Under the pieces are notes generated by a model. It had not been told where the DNA came from and did no database searches. It saw only the letters and a program-made list of their open reading frames with translations. A stretch of DNA of 63,987 nt, filler included, from Basidiobolus ranarum (Eukaryota), in NCBI GenBank assembly GCA_040143965.1. It is 4 parts of 4 records of this genome, joined end to end, with 100 filler letters (N's around TTAATTAATTAA, not from the genome) between each part and the next. Parts side by side here need not be neighbours in the genome. Positions count along the whole stretch, not along the records: positions 33,114 to 49,480 come from JASJQH010000344.1; positions 49,581 to 63,987 come from JASJQH010000426.1; 2 more parts are not named here. One strand, written 5' to 3'. The number at the start of each line of letters is the position of its first letter. The stretch's first letter is position 1. Position numbers and translations under genes: made by a program. Below, one piece after another: positions 37,848-50,109 of the stretch.

Positions 37848-40800
37848 ATCCAAGGAAAAGCTTGGGACAACCCTGTCTCCAAGCTTACTTGTACTGTATT
37901 AATCAAGAAAATTTTCACATTTACTTCTGCTCTAAACCTCTGTGGCTGGTGATCGAGACCAATATTTGTGTATTATTAGACATTCCCGTTAGTGGCCAAT
38001 GACCACCTCTTTTCCTTTCTTCTATCCTACGTCGATCTCGAGTGATAATTGTCATTTCAATGAGGAACGGACATTTTACTCCGTTCATACCGTCGCCACT
38101 CAACCTTCTGATCATTGTATTCAAAATCATTTCATTCGATTCGTCATCCTTATCCATCCTAGCCTTCGCTATGCCCTATGCCCTACATTCAATACTCTAT
38201 TCATATCTCTTACAACACCCATCATTTTTCTCCGAATTTACTTTTGAGTCCTTATCATTCATTCTTTTCGTTTACCAACATCATTGTGTTCTTTTTATTT
38301 GGATTTTTTATTACCGTGAAAATCACGTGTCTCCATTCTGCAAGTCACGTTGTATCATTCTCATCCACATCCACACTTTTTGAATTAAAAAATCCCTCGA
38401 TATAGATATGAAGCCAGGCATTATTAGCATTCACTCAGGCACCCAAACATAGTTCTCATAGATAGTCGAATTCTTTTGATAGGAAGCAATTTCCAGTACA
38501 GGATTATATCCTTACTTTACCTTTGGATTCTGTGATGGACATCTGACCACGGAGTTCCGCTCAGCTATACTAGGATAGCCATGGTTCCGATGGAAGATGT
38601 TCCCTCTAATCAGATTGTTTCTAGCAGATTGATTTTTGCAAGTGTAGTCATAAAATATCTCATTCTCTTACTGATGGCGAAGAAAACTTAAGGGGCTGAA
38701 ACCAAAGATCTTCCTTTCAACCATTGGGTCAGCTCAATCATGGATGAGCAATTAATAACATACCAGAGAGCGAGATTCTCGTGCCCATCCCTGGATATTC
38801 CAAATTCTATGATCAAAGAAACTTCCTTGTTCTGCATTTTACAAACAGATCATAGGAAGAATTGGGAGATACCCAAGATGCGTACAAGATGCTTGATCAG
38901 CGGTATCTGACTTGTGGAAGGTGTCGTGGATGATGACTGTAGCGGTAGACTCGACTGGTATCATTGAGTCCAGTAGAACGTATCCCACTTGAACTGAAAT
39001 CAAATGAAACTTCATAAAACCCCCTCGTCTCAGAGAGGTGCCCAGGCCGGACTGAAACCGATGGGATTCCGGGATGGATTGCTCAATTAAGTGTACGAGG
39101 GAGAGCTGTATCAGACATGTTTATGAGTATAGAACATTGAATGGCTTTGCTTCGTCTTGATTCACAAGTCATTGGAGAGGAATGAGAGAGCTAAATTGTG
39201 ACTGCTTGCATGAAATGTTACGAACTGACCCACTGTCGAAATCTCTAGGGGACATCTCATTCTGAGACCATGTTTCAGTCCTGTTGACATCGTGATTTGT
39301 ATGATTGGTTTAGCATTCATTCAGGAAGTAGGATTCTCTTTGATTTGATCGTAGATCTTTCGCAAGATTTGGCATGAGATTATCGCATGACAGAAAGTAT
39401 ATAATATTGAATAGGGTGTGGTAGTCTATTCAGATCGTAGAAAGGAAACGGCTCTTGTTTGTCATTATTGGCAGTTGTGGATTTAATCTAATTTTAAGTG
39501 ATTCACGAAGAAACATTGATGGAAACACATCAACGGGACATGGTTCTGCTGGCCTTAGAACGATAGATCCAGTAGCGGCTCCTTTATATACAAACCTTCG
39601 ACTGCTGTGAGGAAATATTTTACACTAAATATCACGCCACCTCTGCTTTGCGATATCAAAGATCCCTAGCCCTAAGCGGTAGTTTCAATGTGGTTATTTA
39701 CTAAACGCAGGAGACTCCACCTACGGTAATCTAACTATCGTATTGCAAAGTATGAGTGCCATCCTAAATGAGTGCCGCTGACTCTTACTCCAATAATAAA
39801 TCCATGGGAATATTAAATTTTGTCTGTGACACCGATGATGATAGTAACAAAGAGAAAACGTTGCGAGTTCATTCTGGGGCCAATTGCATCTCACCCGACA
39901 GGTGATATTCAAAAGGTTCATTCCACCAATGGTAGCTCTTACTCGATGCTTGGGGCGAATCACACATAGTAGATTGGGTCAATCCTATTGATGTAATGTA
40001 ACATTAGGGAAATCGGGAGTACGTTCTATTCCAGAACATCTAATCCGGAAGAGATTTACGGAACTAAATTACCACCCCGGCATCCATGTGTGGCGTTTCA
40101 ATAATCTTTCAGTACTCTATCTTGTGTGAGGTTTAGACCAACTTAATAAAATGATGCCAACAAATAGTCTCTCCCTTCACTTTTAGGTTGTTCAGCTAAG
40201 TATCTCTAGTATTGGGAGAGGTGGATGCTCTGCTTCTGTAGAATACCTTAGTGAGAGCACGTTGGTTATCAGATTTGAAGATCGCTTCTTGATACAGCAT
40301 CATGTGAAGGGCCTCTGGGGGTCAATGCCAATTTGCAACACATAACAACGTGATCGAAATGGTGCGAACTCGGCTTATTTGGAAATATCGCAGATACTAA
40401 GTGTTTATCAACTACCAATGAAAAGTCCCCAAAATAACACAACCAACTCGAAACTACGGAATTCATTTAAATGTCATACTTGCATCATCACATCATATGA
40501 TGGATCACATTAGCTTCGGCCCACAGAGCTAATGCGGTTCGATACCAATCAGTCTACCAACGTTCACTAATCATGTGCTTTGCGTGATGTCTCCTGAGTT
40601 AAGCCTAACTGCCTCATTGAAGTGTAAAAAGCTTCTCAGTGGAGCCTAGTAAACGCATTGAATGGTGAGTATTCAGGTGTGATCAGGAAATGGGTACGAT
40701 GCTAGGGGGGGGTGCTCTAGTTATTATGCTCCATGTATATATTCCTCATATAGTCACGTGCTAGGAGTGAGAGATCGTTGTACTCAGGGTCAATCCTGAT

Positions 40801-41970
40801 AGCAGCTATATCTACGTGTTACAAGGCATATTGTCCAACATTATTGTATGTGAGGATAGATAATGGGCTTTTGGGAGAGATCCACCCAAATATAGAGAAC
40901 ATTGATGGAATATTCCTATCGTATATTCATACACCGCTGGAGTAGGTATGCTTTCAATCAACTCTAATGCTCCTAATTAAGTAAGATACATCGAAGCTGT
41001 ACAGGTGTTTTTCAGCAACACTACTTTTAAGAGCTAAAGATGCAGCAATAGTCACTGTTGCGGACCTACTCCATAACGAATAATACTGTGTCAAGGCACA
41101 CTTCGCATAGCCACGAACGACCAATGAGTGCGATTCCTTCAAACATACTATGGGCAAGTCTACCATTCAAAGGAGTGTCTTATCGTTCTTAATTATGATC
41201 TTCATTAATTGCACATTGGTTTCAAGCACGCAAACAATCTTTTTATCCTGTAATTATGTGAAGAGCGTATTCATCGGGGCACGATAGCGGGGCTATTAAC
41301 AATTCACTTGGCCTGATTTAGACCTGTCAACGTAGAATTGCTCAGGATATCTGTTGACTATGCTCTGAGTAGAATGCATGCGGAAATATAGTTAAACTCA
41401 CCTTCTAGCCCACCGTAGCCAAACATCCATTCGGATTTGAATCTCATTTATTCTGGGCGCAATAACAAGCAGCGAATCAGTTGAACTAATTGGAACCAAT
41501 TGCCCCACCAAGTAAACAAAATAATCGACTTCATCGAAATTGGTTTTGGCAATTTCAGTCATCGAACCATTGTATTTCTAGTTTGAGATCTTGTTGCAGA
41601 ATTTTGACTTATTCTGCACTCTACATAATGACTACTGGACACTACAATGATCGGATATTTTCCAACTGGTGACACAAATCACCCTATACGGACTGCTTTT
41701 TTTTAAATGCTGGCCAGCTGGCCTTTCTGTATCTTCACCCATTGACTATCTGCCCCATATCTCCCTTTCTTTCAATCTAACTAAAGCTTTAATACTGGAC
41801 TTATTATATGTGTATCTATTCCTAACCATTCTCTTATTACGAAAAATCCCTCCCCCTCAAAACACTTGTTCTTTGTACAGAAATTAATATAAGCCAGTAA
41901 CCTATTTCCCTTTTTCAGCAACTCTCCCCCTTCCCCTTATCTGTCTACGCTTGGAAATAAAGTAAAGAAC

Positions 41971-43653
41971 ATGCTTGACTTGGTCTATCCTTCCCGGACC
42001 TCTTCCGTATGCGTCGAATCTGAGGAGCCTAACTTGGAAATCTATTTCTCTACAACACAAAGTTTCCCTGAAATGGTAGAACGCATGCGAGGTTTATTAA
42101 GTACTACACTCACTAGTACCACTGGTAAAGAACCCAGCTTCACCGCCTCTAAGCTGATTGTTCACAGTCTCTCATCACGAAAGAGAAGAAGTGTAGGCCC
42201 CAAACGAGAGCGATTAAGGGTTGACTCTGTAGTTCAGCTAGGGTTAGATAGTACTAAAGAATTATCAAACAAGGTAAGGTCCACACAATGCTCTACAGAT
42301 TTATCTATGTATGCTTTTATTCATCGTTCTATCGCTAGAAATGTAGACCTACAGGCCCCATCAACCCACGTTTCTCTGAGGTGATAAAGTCGGTCAAAAA
42401 TGCCATCAATAGTAATGTTCATCCAATACGTATCGTTCAAGGGTCTTCTGGTTCGTATTTTTGTCTAAGGTTAGACGGAAAGAAAGTTGGAGTGTTTAAA
42501 CCCAAAAATGAAGAGCCTTATGGTCAACTCAACCCCAAATGGACAAAGTGGGCCCACCGAAACCTTTTCCCTTGTTGTTTTGGGCGTAGTTGGTACTGTC
42601 ATGACTACATTAAGCTAATCGATTCCATCATATTTTAATCTTCCCCAAGTCTAATTCCAAATCTAGGATATATATCTGAGGCGGGTGCATCTTTGATCGA
42701 CCGTAGACTCAGCTTAAGCATTGTGCCTCAAACTGAAGTGGTCGACCTTGCGTCTACAAGCTTCCATTATAGCTATCTTGATTTAAAAGCATCTCAAAGG
42801 AAAAAACGTCCAATCCCCTTACCGACTAAAATCGGAAGCTTTCAACTGTTTTTGGATGATTATGTTAACGCGAATGTCTTCTTGAGAGATCACCCATGGC
42901 CTTATGACCCAATGAATTACGACAAGTATTCCTACGAATGCAAGAACCCTAGAGTCGAAGTACGAGATAATGTTTCCATACACTCTTTCTGCTCTATTTG
43001 GACTTCTTCGTTGCAGAGGGAATTTCGTGAACAGGTACAGAAGCTTGTTGTGCTGGATTATCTGATTAGAAATACCGGTTAGTTATGATCTTCAAACTTC
43101 TTCCTCTTAAAGAACTCTCCTAATATATTTTATAGATCGTGGCCTTGATAATTGGATGGTTAGGTATTACTTTGATGATTCTCTAGAGCCACATATACAC
43201 ATTGCGGCCATTGACCATGGATTAGCTTTTCCTTACAAACATCCTGACCGCTGGCGGTCGTATCCCTATGCATGGTTGAGTCTTCCTTCGTCTTTGATAG
43301 GGGGGCCATTTCTTCCTTCATTAAGAAAGGAACTACTGTCCTCTCTTACCTCTCATGAATGGTGGCAAGATACCTTGAAAGAGCTACGACAACTGTTTAG
43401 TGTAGATCGGGATTTTAACGAGCTTATGTTTGAACGACAAGTCGCTCTATTGAAGGGCCAGGCGTGGAACTTGATCCAGACCCTCGAAGCTAATGAAGGA
43501 CCGTTGGAGTTATGCCAACGAAAGGGAGTTGTTGTATGGGGAGGTGAAGAAGGAGCACCACCAGAAGACGAATTAGTACGAGGAGATTTAGGGAATAATC
43601 TTTGGATGCGAGTTGAAACTTTACACACACGACCTTGGTTCACCGGATGCTAA
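41971..43653 (+). CDS. LSB6: Type II phosphatidylinositol 4-kinase (Lsb6-like); 4 exons
   Basis: QGSSGSYF, GVFKPKNEEPYGQLNPKWTKW, PCCFGR (palmitoylation motif), KIGSFQLF, LDYLIRNT-DRGLDNWM and AAIDHGLAFPYKHPD. Confidence 0.92.
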
Positions 43654-45263
43654 TTTACAAACAACTCAATCATATCAATAAGACCTTTACCTCTACACTC
43701 GACCTTCTATCCTGTTGCATTTCCCTTGCAATATTCTCATCACTTATTAGGCATGCATATTATCCAAATCTTTTCCATTTTGTTTTCCGGTGTTTATGAA
43801 TTTTCTTTGCTGACATATGAGATCATATTACTGTATTATCACCCACCGACCGAGATCATGTCTTAGATAATAAAAACCTACGAATTGACAGTTGTAATTC
43901 TTTTCCCTATTCATCCACTCTCAACTATGAATATTAGGTGATACCTCCATGTAGCATGTGTAACATACTCACCACAGTTCTACTGATTTTGGAGAAGCTA
44001 CAATTTCTGATAGTTGAAACTCACTTTGATCATGACTACTCTATCTAAGGAGGGTATTTGGTTTGGGGGAATTCCCTCTTCACTAACAATTTTACTCGCT
44101 ACATGACTAGGGATGCTCACTTCTAATTTATTACACCAAAGCAGAATCCCCTTCAATTCCATCATTCTCTAACACTAATTTTCCATATACAAGGAGGCCT
44201 AGATTGAAAAATGCAATCTATATAGTCTACAGTATAGGATAACATACTAGTATATAAAACCCAGATAACCTAACTGATCAAGATATTTCGTATTGGAGAA
44301 ACAGTTATCAGCACTGATAGTAATATCTTGATTCATTCTAATCTACAACTCCAGATATATTGAGTGTTTTTGGAATGTAATTATTCCTATGTTGTCATCA
44401 TATAAAAGTGCAGTGTTGCTTCGTCAATTGAATAGAATACAGCATCACCTACGTATTTCGGATTAGCCTTATGATAAGGGTATGACACCATCAGGATTAT
44501 GACTGGAATATGACTATGGAGTAGACCTATATCAGAAACTTGTTTAATCCATCAATCAGTTACATCATCTAGCAAATAGAGCCCAAAACCTGTAGAGTGG
44601 AAAAACCGTTTGACTACGGCTGAAAGGAAAGACTATCTTCATATTTGATATTACTGGGTTAGTGGAAAATAGATCTCCAAGTGAATCACTAAAATTCGAG
44701 TCTATATATCAAGTTTGGATTCACTTCATTCACATGTTAACTAATAATGTAAAGCTCAACCTTCGTGCTGTTCAATCATTATCATGGATTGACGGAGTAG
44801 GCACCGTGAGTAGTATTCGATGCTATATGTGGAGATTCCTCTCTCTCTGTCGCTCTCGCTCACTGTCGACTACTCTAACCTTGGCTGATAGCCAAATTGG
44901 GAGTCATTACAAGCATCATTTACCACTGCTGTAGAAAGATAAATTTATAGATTACAAGCTTTGCCTAAACTCACCTAGTTCAATAACCGGACTAGGCATC
45001 CGGCTATGGTAAAAAGGAAATACACAAGTACCAGTGACATCATCATTATTTCATACTTTGTCTGGAATGAGTAATGCAATTCATCGCATTACCAATCCAT
45101 TGGAATTGATTGGGAAAATTCACGTCATCTTAAACTCAACGGATAAATGGTTCGCAAATGAATAAAGCAGGGATGAAAAGTTTAATGATCAGGGATAATT
45201 GGAAGCACTTCAAAATCATATCATAAACGTACACTTCTCAAATTTAAACTATAATTTCTAAAT

Positions 45264-46421
45264 ATGATCCCCACTAAATTCGCCCTCATAGGTGGTAGTA
45301 GTTGGCGTGCTGAGTTCTTCTATCGTATCGCTCAAGCTCTACCAGAACGTTTTCAGTCTATAGCTGCTACCGTCAGAGATGAAGATACAGGTAAACAAAT
45401 TCAAACTAAATGGGGCTTCCCTACATACCGAACTTTAGAAGAATTATTGCAAAACCATCGAAACGAACTGGACTTTGTGATCGTGTCAGTCCCATGGGTA
45501 GTATGTGCCGAGTATATCAAAAAATTAGCTAAACTAAATATCCCTGTACTGTCGGAAACACCACCTGCTCCAGATGTCGAAGGGTTAAATGAACTGTGGA
45601 AAATTATTCTGGAAACAAAAGCAAAGGTTCAAGTGGCTGAACAATATCAATTTCAACCATTGCATGCCGCTAGAATTGCTGTAGCAAACTCAGGTAACTC
45701 TTCTGATTTTCAAATATCAATATCACCTGGAACTGGTATTCATCGTCTCTCTCAAATTACAGGTTTACTTGGTAACATTAGTCAAGCTCAAGTGTCAGTG
45801 TGCCATGGCTATCACGGTATCTCCTTGCTACGTAAATTCCTCAATATTCATTTTGAAGACGCAACTATCACAGCACATAGCTTTACCAGTCCCGTGATAG
45901 CTGGACCTGATCGCTCTGGTCCACCTAGGTCCGAAACGATCACTGAGTCTAAGCAAACAATCGCGGTTTTAGACTTTGGTGACCGGTTAGGGATATTTGA
46001 TTTTGTTGGAGATCAATACTTCTCTTATATACGATCAAATCGTGTCCTAATTCGTGGTGAACGAGGGGAAATTAATAATGATAATGTTCATTATTTACAA
46101 TCAGCGGATACCTCTATATCGTACACTTTCAGTAGACAGGATGCTGGTCTCAATGGAAATTTGGAAGGGTATTACCACAAAGGAATTGTAGGTGGCAGTG
46201 AATGGGTGTACAAGAATCCATTCATAGGAGCTCGGCTTTCAGATGATGAGATAGCAGTTGCTGCATGTATGGATGCAATGCGCCACTACTTAGAGACTGG
46301 AGAGGAGTTTTATTCGGTGGCGGAAGCAGCGCAGGATCATTACCTTAATATGATGATTGAACAAGCTGTAGCATCGGGAGAGAAAGTCAAAACAGTGCCC
46401 CAGGTGTGGAGTCATGTATAG
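45264..46421 (+). CDS. Gfo/Idh/MocA-family NAD(P)-dependent oxidoreductase, bacterial-like; probable 69-nt in-frame intron 45694-45762 (spliced about 362 aa)
   Basis: Rossmann start KFALIGGSSWRAEFF, VLSETPPA in place of the usual EKP motif, QVAEQY, HGYHGISL, DQYFSYIRS, NGNLEGY and LSDDEIAVA. From recall these resemble Firmicutes/Actinobacteria members of the family. Confidence 0.85.
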   Translation: MIPTKFALIGGSSWRAEFFYRIAQALPERFQSIAATVRDEDTGKQIQTKWGFPTYRTLEELLQNHRNELDFVIVSVPWVVCAEYIKKLAKLNIPVLSETPPAPDVEGLNELWKIILETKAKVQVAEQYQFQPLHAARIAVANSGNSSDFQISISPGTGIHRLSQITGLLGNISQAQVSVCHGYHGISLLRKFLNIHFEDATITAHSFTSPVIAGPDRSGPPRSETITESKQTIAVLDFGDRLGIFDFVGDQYFSYIRSNRVLIRGERGEINNDNVHYLQSADTSISYTFSRQDAGLNGNLEGYYHKGIVGGSEWVYKNPFIGARLSDDEIAVAACMDAMRHYLETGEEFYSVAEAAQDHYLNMMIEQAVASGEKVKTVPQVWSHV

Positions 46422-48185
46422 CAGAAGTGAATAGATTCATGTTAAGTTTATAAAAAATTAAAGATTAGCCTGAAGCAGTCACTCATTTAAAAGTTGGAAT
46501 TCGTCTTTCCTCTACGGTACTAGATAGTATTCTCTCCTAGCGATAATGGAGACGAACTCTCCATTTGGAAAATTTATCCTCAGAATACCAAATTTCTACT
46601 AAAAAGTCCTGAGAGAGTACTTACTCGAAGATTGAGTGGTAATCTTAAGAAATACGTGGCCCAGCAGATAGGAAACGTCTCTTCAAAGACGGTTCATTGT
46701 ATTCATTTCTGCTGACCATACTAGAAATAGCAATATGGAAGACGTATGTCATATTCATGAACTTGCAGTATAGCTCGGATGCCTTTAACTGAGTAAATTT
46801 AGAAGCCTCCACTCTGGACTTGGTTATTTTACGCAACCAGTCCTGGTTAAACTTGTTCAATTCCTATTATCATTCTTGTGACTGTTACTAGGTTGGAGAT
46901 TTGATTGACTAAGTCTAATGATCTGTGCATTCATTGAGTTGGAATCAACTAATATGGATTGACTAATTTTAGTTCCACCAAATGGGATGAGATCATTAGA
47001 TCTATGCATCATGTGGCATAAAGTTGGCCCATAAAATGGTGATTTTGACATGGAAAATATACATTATAGGTTCGTATGTGCTTCAATCAATCAATAGCTG
47101 TGAAATTTGTATCATCAGACACAGCAGGCGTAGTCATAACTACGCTTACTGAACGTTTTTCTACGTTTATGAGGTCAGCTTCGGAAGATGCACGATCTGG
47201 GGGTTTCATGCGTCACCATAGCCAATGGACACAATGCTTGCCTGGGTGGCTCAAATTGGATAAGTTCTAGAACCTTCCAATGCCGTGGAACTAGCAAACA
47301 TTAAACTGAGCATATGCTCTCAATATAGACTCAAAGACAAACAAGGTGCCATTATGATTACGCCTGTTCTTTAAATAACATTCCCTGAATAGATCCTTAC
47401 TTAAACATACCTATAGCGTAAGAGCATATACACTGCAGATCATTATATTAAAATTCCATTGTAGAACTTATATACCAAGATCTCAGCTCTCTCAAATCAC
47501 CATATCTTTCTTCATACAGGCGGTGCCTTCTTAGCCACAATCGCTCAGTAATTTCAAGTTTGAGCCTATCCAAGCCTGAATCATCGCCTTCACCCAAGAA
47601 TGGTGGTGTTGTGCCATTTTGGGAAAAGACTTTCATTTTATCGCTAGGATCTGCTAGGTTCGTCTGAGACATGTCCTGTTGGTAAATTGAATGGCAGAAA
47701 TTGTGTAACTGGAACTAGAATCGAGATTCTTGAATGTTAGCTGGTGTAAATAATAGTTGTTGCTGTCTTCATCACCGGAGTTGAACCTCCCCACGACATC
47801 ATTTTAGGATGCAACGTAGTACGCACCTTATCTTGTAGCCGAGTCTTAGATGTTGCTCTACTATTTGGGTACATTCCTAGAGCATTATTGGTCGTTGCAC
47901 CGTTCATGCGTGCCTATGTTGCATATCGATGGGAAAATAAACGTCAAACCAAAGCCTGGTAAAAGCATCTTAAATGAGAAAGGTTTGCAGCCCAGTCAGG
48001 AATTTTAACAATTTAAATATCTGACTAACCAAATATGTGCATCAGTAGCACTTATTATTAATATTGATTTCCTGTTTGGGATGTGTAGGCTGAGATAAAT
48101 ATTCCGTACCGCAGATGTTGAATAATTACTTTTATTATGACGTTTTTAACATATTGAGCGAATGCACATAGTGGAGAGGTAGCAC

Positions 48186-49433
48186 TCACAAGTTACTGCG
48201 AGGTCTGATCTCGCTCTCAAAGTACTCCTTCACACTCTTACGGATGTCTAATGCACAGCCAAATGAAAGCGTGTAACCAGAGCCTCCATGTCCGTAGTTA
48301 TGGAATATCCTAGGGTTTTTCTCATCTTGACCTACTCGAGGCTCATCACGGAATGGGCGAATTCCAACGCGGTAGTAATAATCAGTGAATTCGGCCTTCG
48401 CTAAATCAGGATAAAGATTCACGCACCCAGCCCTCATTCTCTCAAGGTACTGATGCTCTTTTTCGTTCCATTCTAGTTCTTCCTGTCCCATTTGGGCATA
48501 TCCACCCAGAATAAGAATATCATCATTTCTTGGTACTATGAACTCGAATCTTCCTTCCTTAGCCTTTTGCTTCTCTTCGACAGTGGCATTGACATCGGCA
48601 TCCCGTTGAGAGATGGAGATGCAGGTTTCCATTTTCTTGAATCGCTTTCCATCGTTCTTTGCATGAATGAGGATTCCGCGGAGAGGCTTCATCTTTTCAT
48701 CTAGACATAACTCTCTAGAGGCCATACCAGTGCAGTTGACAATGATATCAGCCTGGAATCGCTTCAACAAATCAGGCGCCTCTTCATGAAGGGTATCTTC
48801 AACAACACCTTGAAGGAGTGTGACATCTTTATCCTCAACTAGTCTTCTTAACCAATGGAGGTAATTTCCTGGGTCCACTACATAGGATAAGTGCTCATAC
48901 CCATCGACAATGTTGTAGCCTTTCTCCTCCGGATTCGTATTAATCTTGTATTTCCGAATCAGGTCTTGTACATTATCGTTAAATCCATCACAGACCACCT
49001 CAATTTCATTCTTCTTTTTCAATCCATCGGTAGTTAGCTTACGATCGAAGAGGAAGCAAGACATACGCTTACGGATTCCAGTACTATCAGCACCAAACTT
49101 CTCGGCAATGTCCTTAAATTGTAAATAGGAAATCTGACACCAACGCTGCAAATTTTTCAACTGTTCATCAGTATCCTTTCCATGAGAACCGCAAACGGCC
49201 GGTGGCCATTCCCACAGAGCACCAGCAATCTCGGAGACAATCTCCTCACCATGAGCCCCATGCTTAGCGTACTGCTTGGCTAAGACGGTGACTTTGCATC
49301 CAGAATTGCGTAGAGCCCAAGCGGTAGTAAGACCTGAGACACCGCCTCCAATAATTAGAACGTGAGGTTTAGTACCATCCACACGAGTAATTTTTACTCT
49401 CTTGTAAAGGTCGCCAGGGTTCATTTTTTGCAT
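48186..49433 (-). CDS. D-amino-acid oxidase-family FAD-dependent oxidoreductase, intronless, PTS1-like C-terminus (-RSNL)
   Basis: GxGxxG motif LIIGGGVSGLTTA, SEIAGALWEWPPAVCG, DIIVNCTG, PLRG, VGIRPFR and HNYGHGGSGYTLSFGCA. Confidence 0.9.
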   Translation of the reverse strand: MQKMNPGDLYKRVKITRVDGTKPHVLIIGGGVSGLTTAWALRNSGCKVTVLAKQYAKHGAHGEEIVSEIAGALWEWPPAVCGSHGKDTDEQLKNLQRWCQISYLQFKDIAEKFGADSTGIRKRMSCFLFDRKLTTDGLKKKNEIEVVCDGFNDNVQDLIRKYKINTNPEEKGYNIVDGYEHLSYVVDPGNYLHWLRRLVEDKDVTLLQGVVEDTLHEEAPDLLKRFQADIIVNCTGMASRELCLDEKMKPLRGILIHAKNDGKRFKKMETCISISQRDADVNATVEEKQKAKEGRFEFIVPRNDDILILGGYAQMGQEELEWNEKEHQYLERMRAGCVNLYPDLAKAEFTDYYYRVGIRPFRDEPRVGQDEKNPRIFHNYGHGGSGYTLSFGCALDIRKSVKEYFESEIRPRSNL

Positions 49434-49480
49434 CTTTGGTGTAGTATTGAAGATCGTTTGGAAGTGTTGGTGATTACGGT

Positions 49481-49580
49481 NNNNNNNNNNNNNNNNNNNN
49501 NNNNNNNNNNNNNNNNNNNNNNNNTTAATTAATTAANNNNNNNNNNNNNNNNNNNNNNNNNNNNNNNNNNNNNNNNNNNN
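49481..49580. other. Artificial contig linker (N44-TTAATTAATTAA-N44)
   Basis: Identical 100-nt linker. Confidence 0.97.
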
Positions 49581-50109
49581 AGCGTATTTGGGTCACGTAA
49601 ATCAAACTCTAAATAACGGGAATTTGATGAGATGTGCAGTTTGAATGTTGATAATGTGCTATCTGATAATTACCTTCTCCATTCCATGTTTTAACTTCAG
49701 GTTGAGTCCAATATTGAACATCCAGAATTTGTTTGATCTCATTCTTTGGCAAAGGTGGTACCAAAATGTTACTTGCTATTCTATCGGTCTCAGACGACTG
49801 TAAACTCTATGGTCGTACTAGAAGTCAATAATGATGCGTAAACGCTGAACTCAAGCCATTTGAAAGTTTACTAACCAAGCATTTCATCTCAGAATTTAGT
49901 TTATCGTGAATTGTTTTTGGAGAAGAATCATCAATCAACTCACTATCACTATCATCTTTACTTTCATAATACGAAGAGGTCTCCCAGTGTTCACCTGTCA
50001 AGGGCTCTAATCTAAGTATTTCTTTCCAAATCTCTGAAGCAGCTGTGGGATCTTCCATTCCAAACAACCTTGACAGTAAGGTACAACGAAAATTCAAAAC
50101 AATCACCAC
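49581..50109 (-). CDS. Partial multi-exon gene running into the contig end, possibly gamma-tubulin complex component 5-like N-terminal region
   Basis: Segments WKEILRLEPLTGEHWETSSYYESKDDSDSELIDD and QILDVQYW are linked by plausible GT-AG introns. The W..IL..EPL.G.HW-acidic…QYW pattern recalls fungal GCP5. No convincing upstream exons were found. Confidence 0.35.

Noticed and set aside
37921-38405. Cluster of overlapping 75-113 aa ORFs after the ABCA gene
   Set aside because: Pyrimidine-rich 3' UTR-like sequence giving F/I/S-rich translations with no motifs.
46645-47672. Short minus-strand ORFs between the two oxidoreductases
   Set aside because: No recognisable domain and no consistent splice model. 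They may be decayed sequence, but this cannot be supported.
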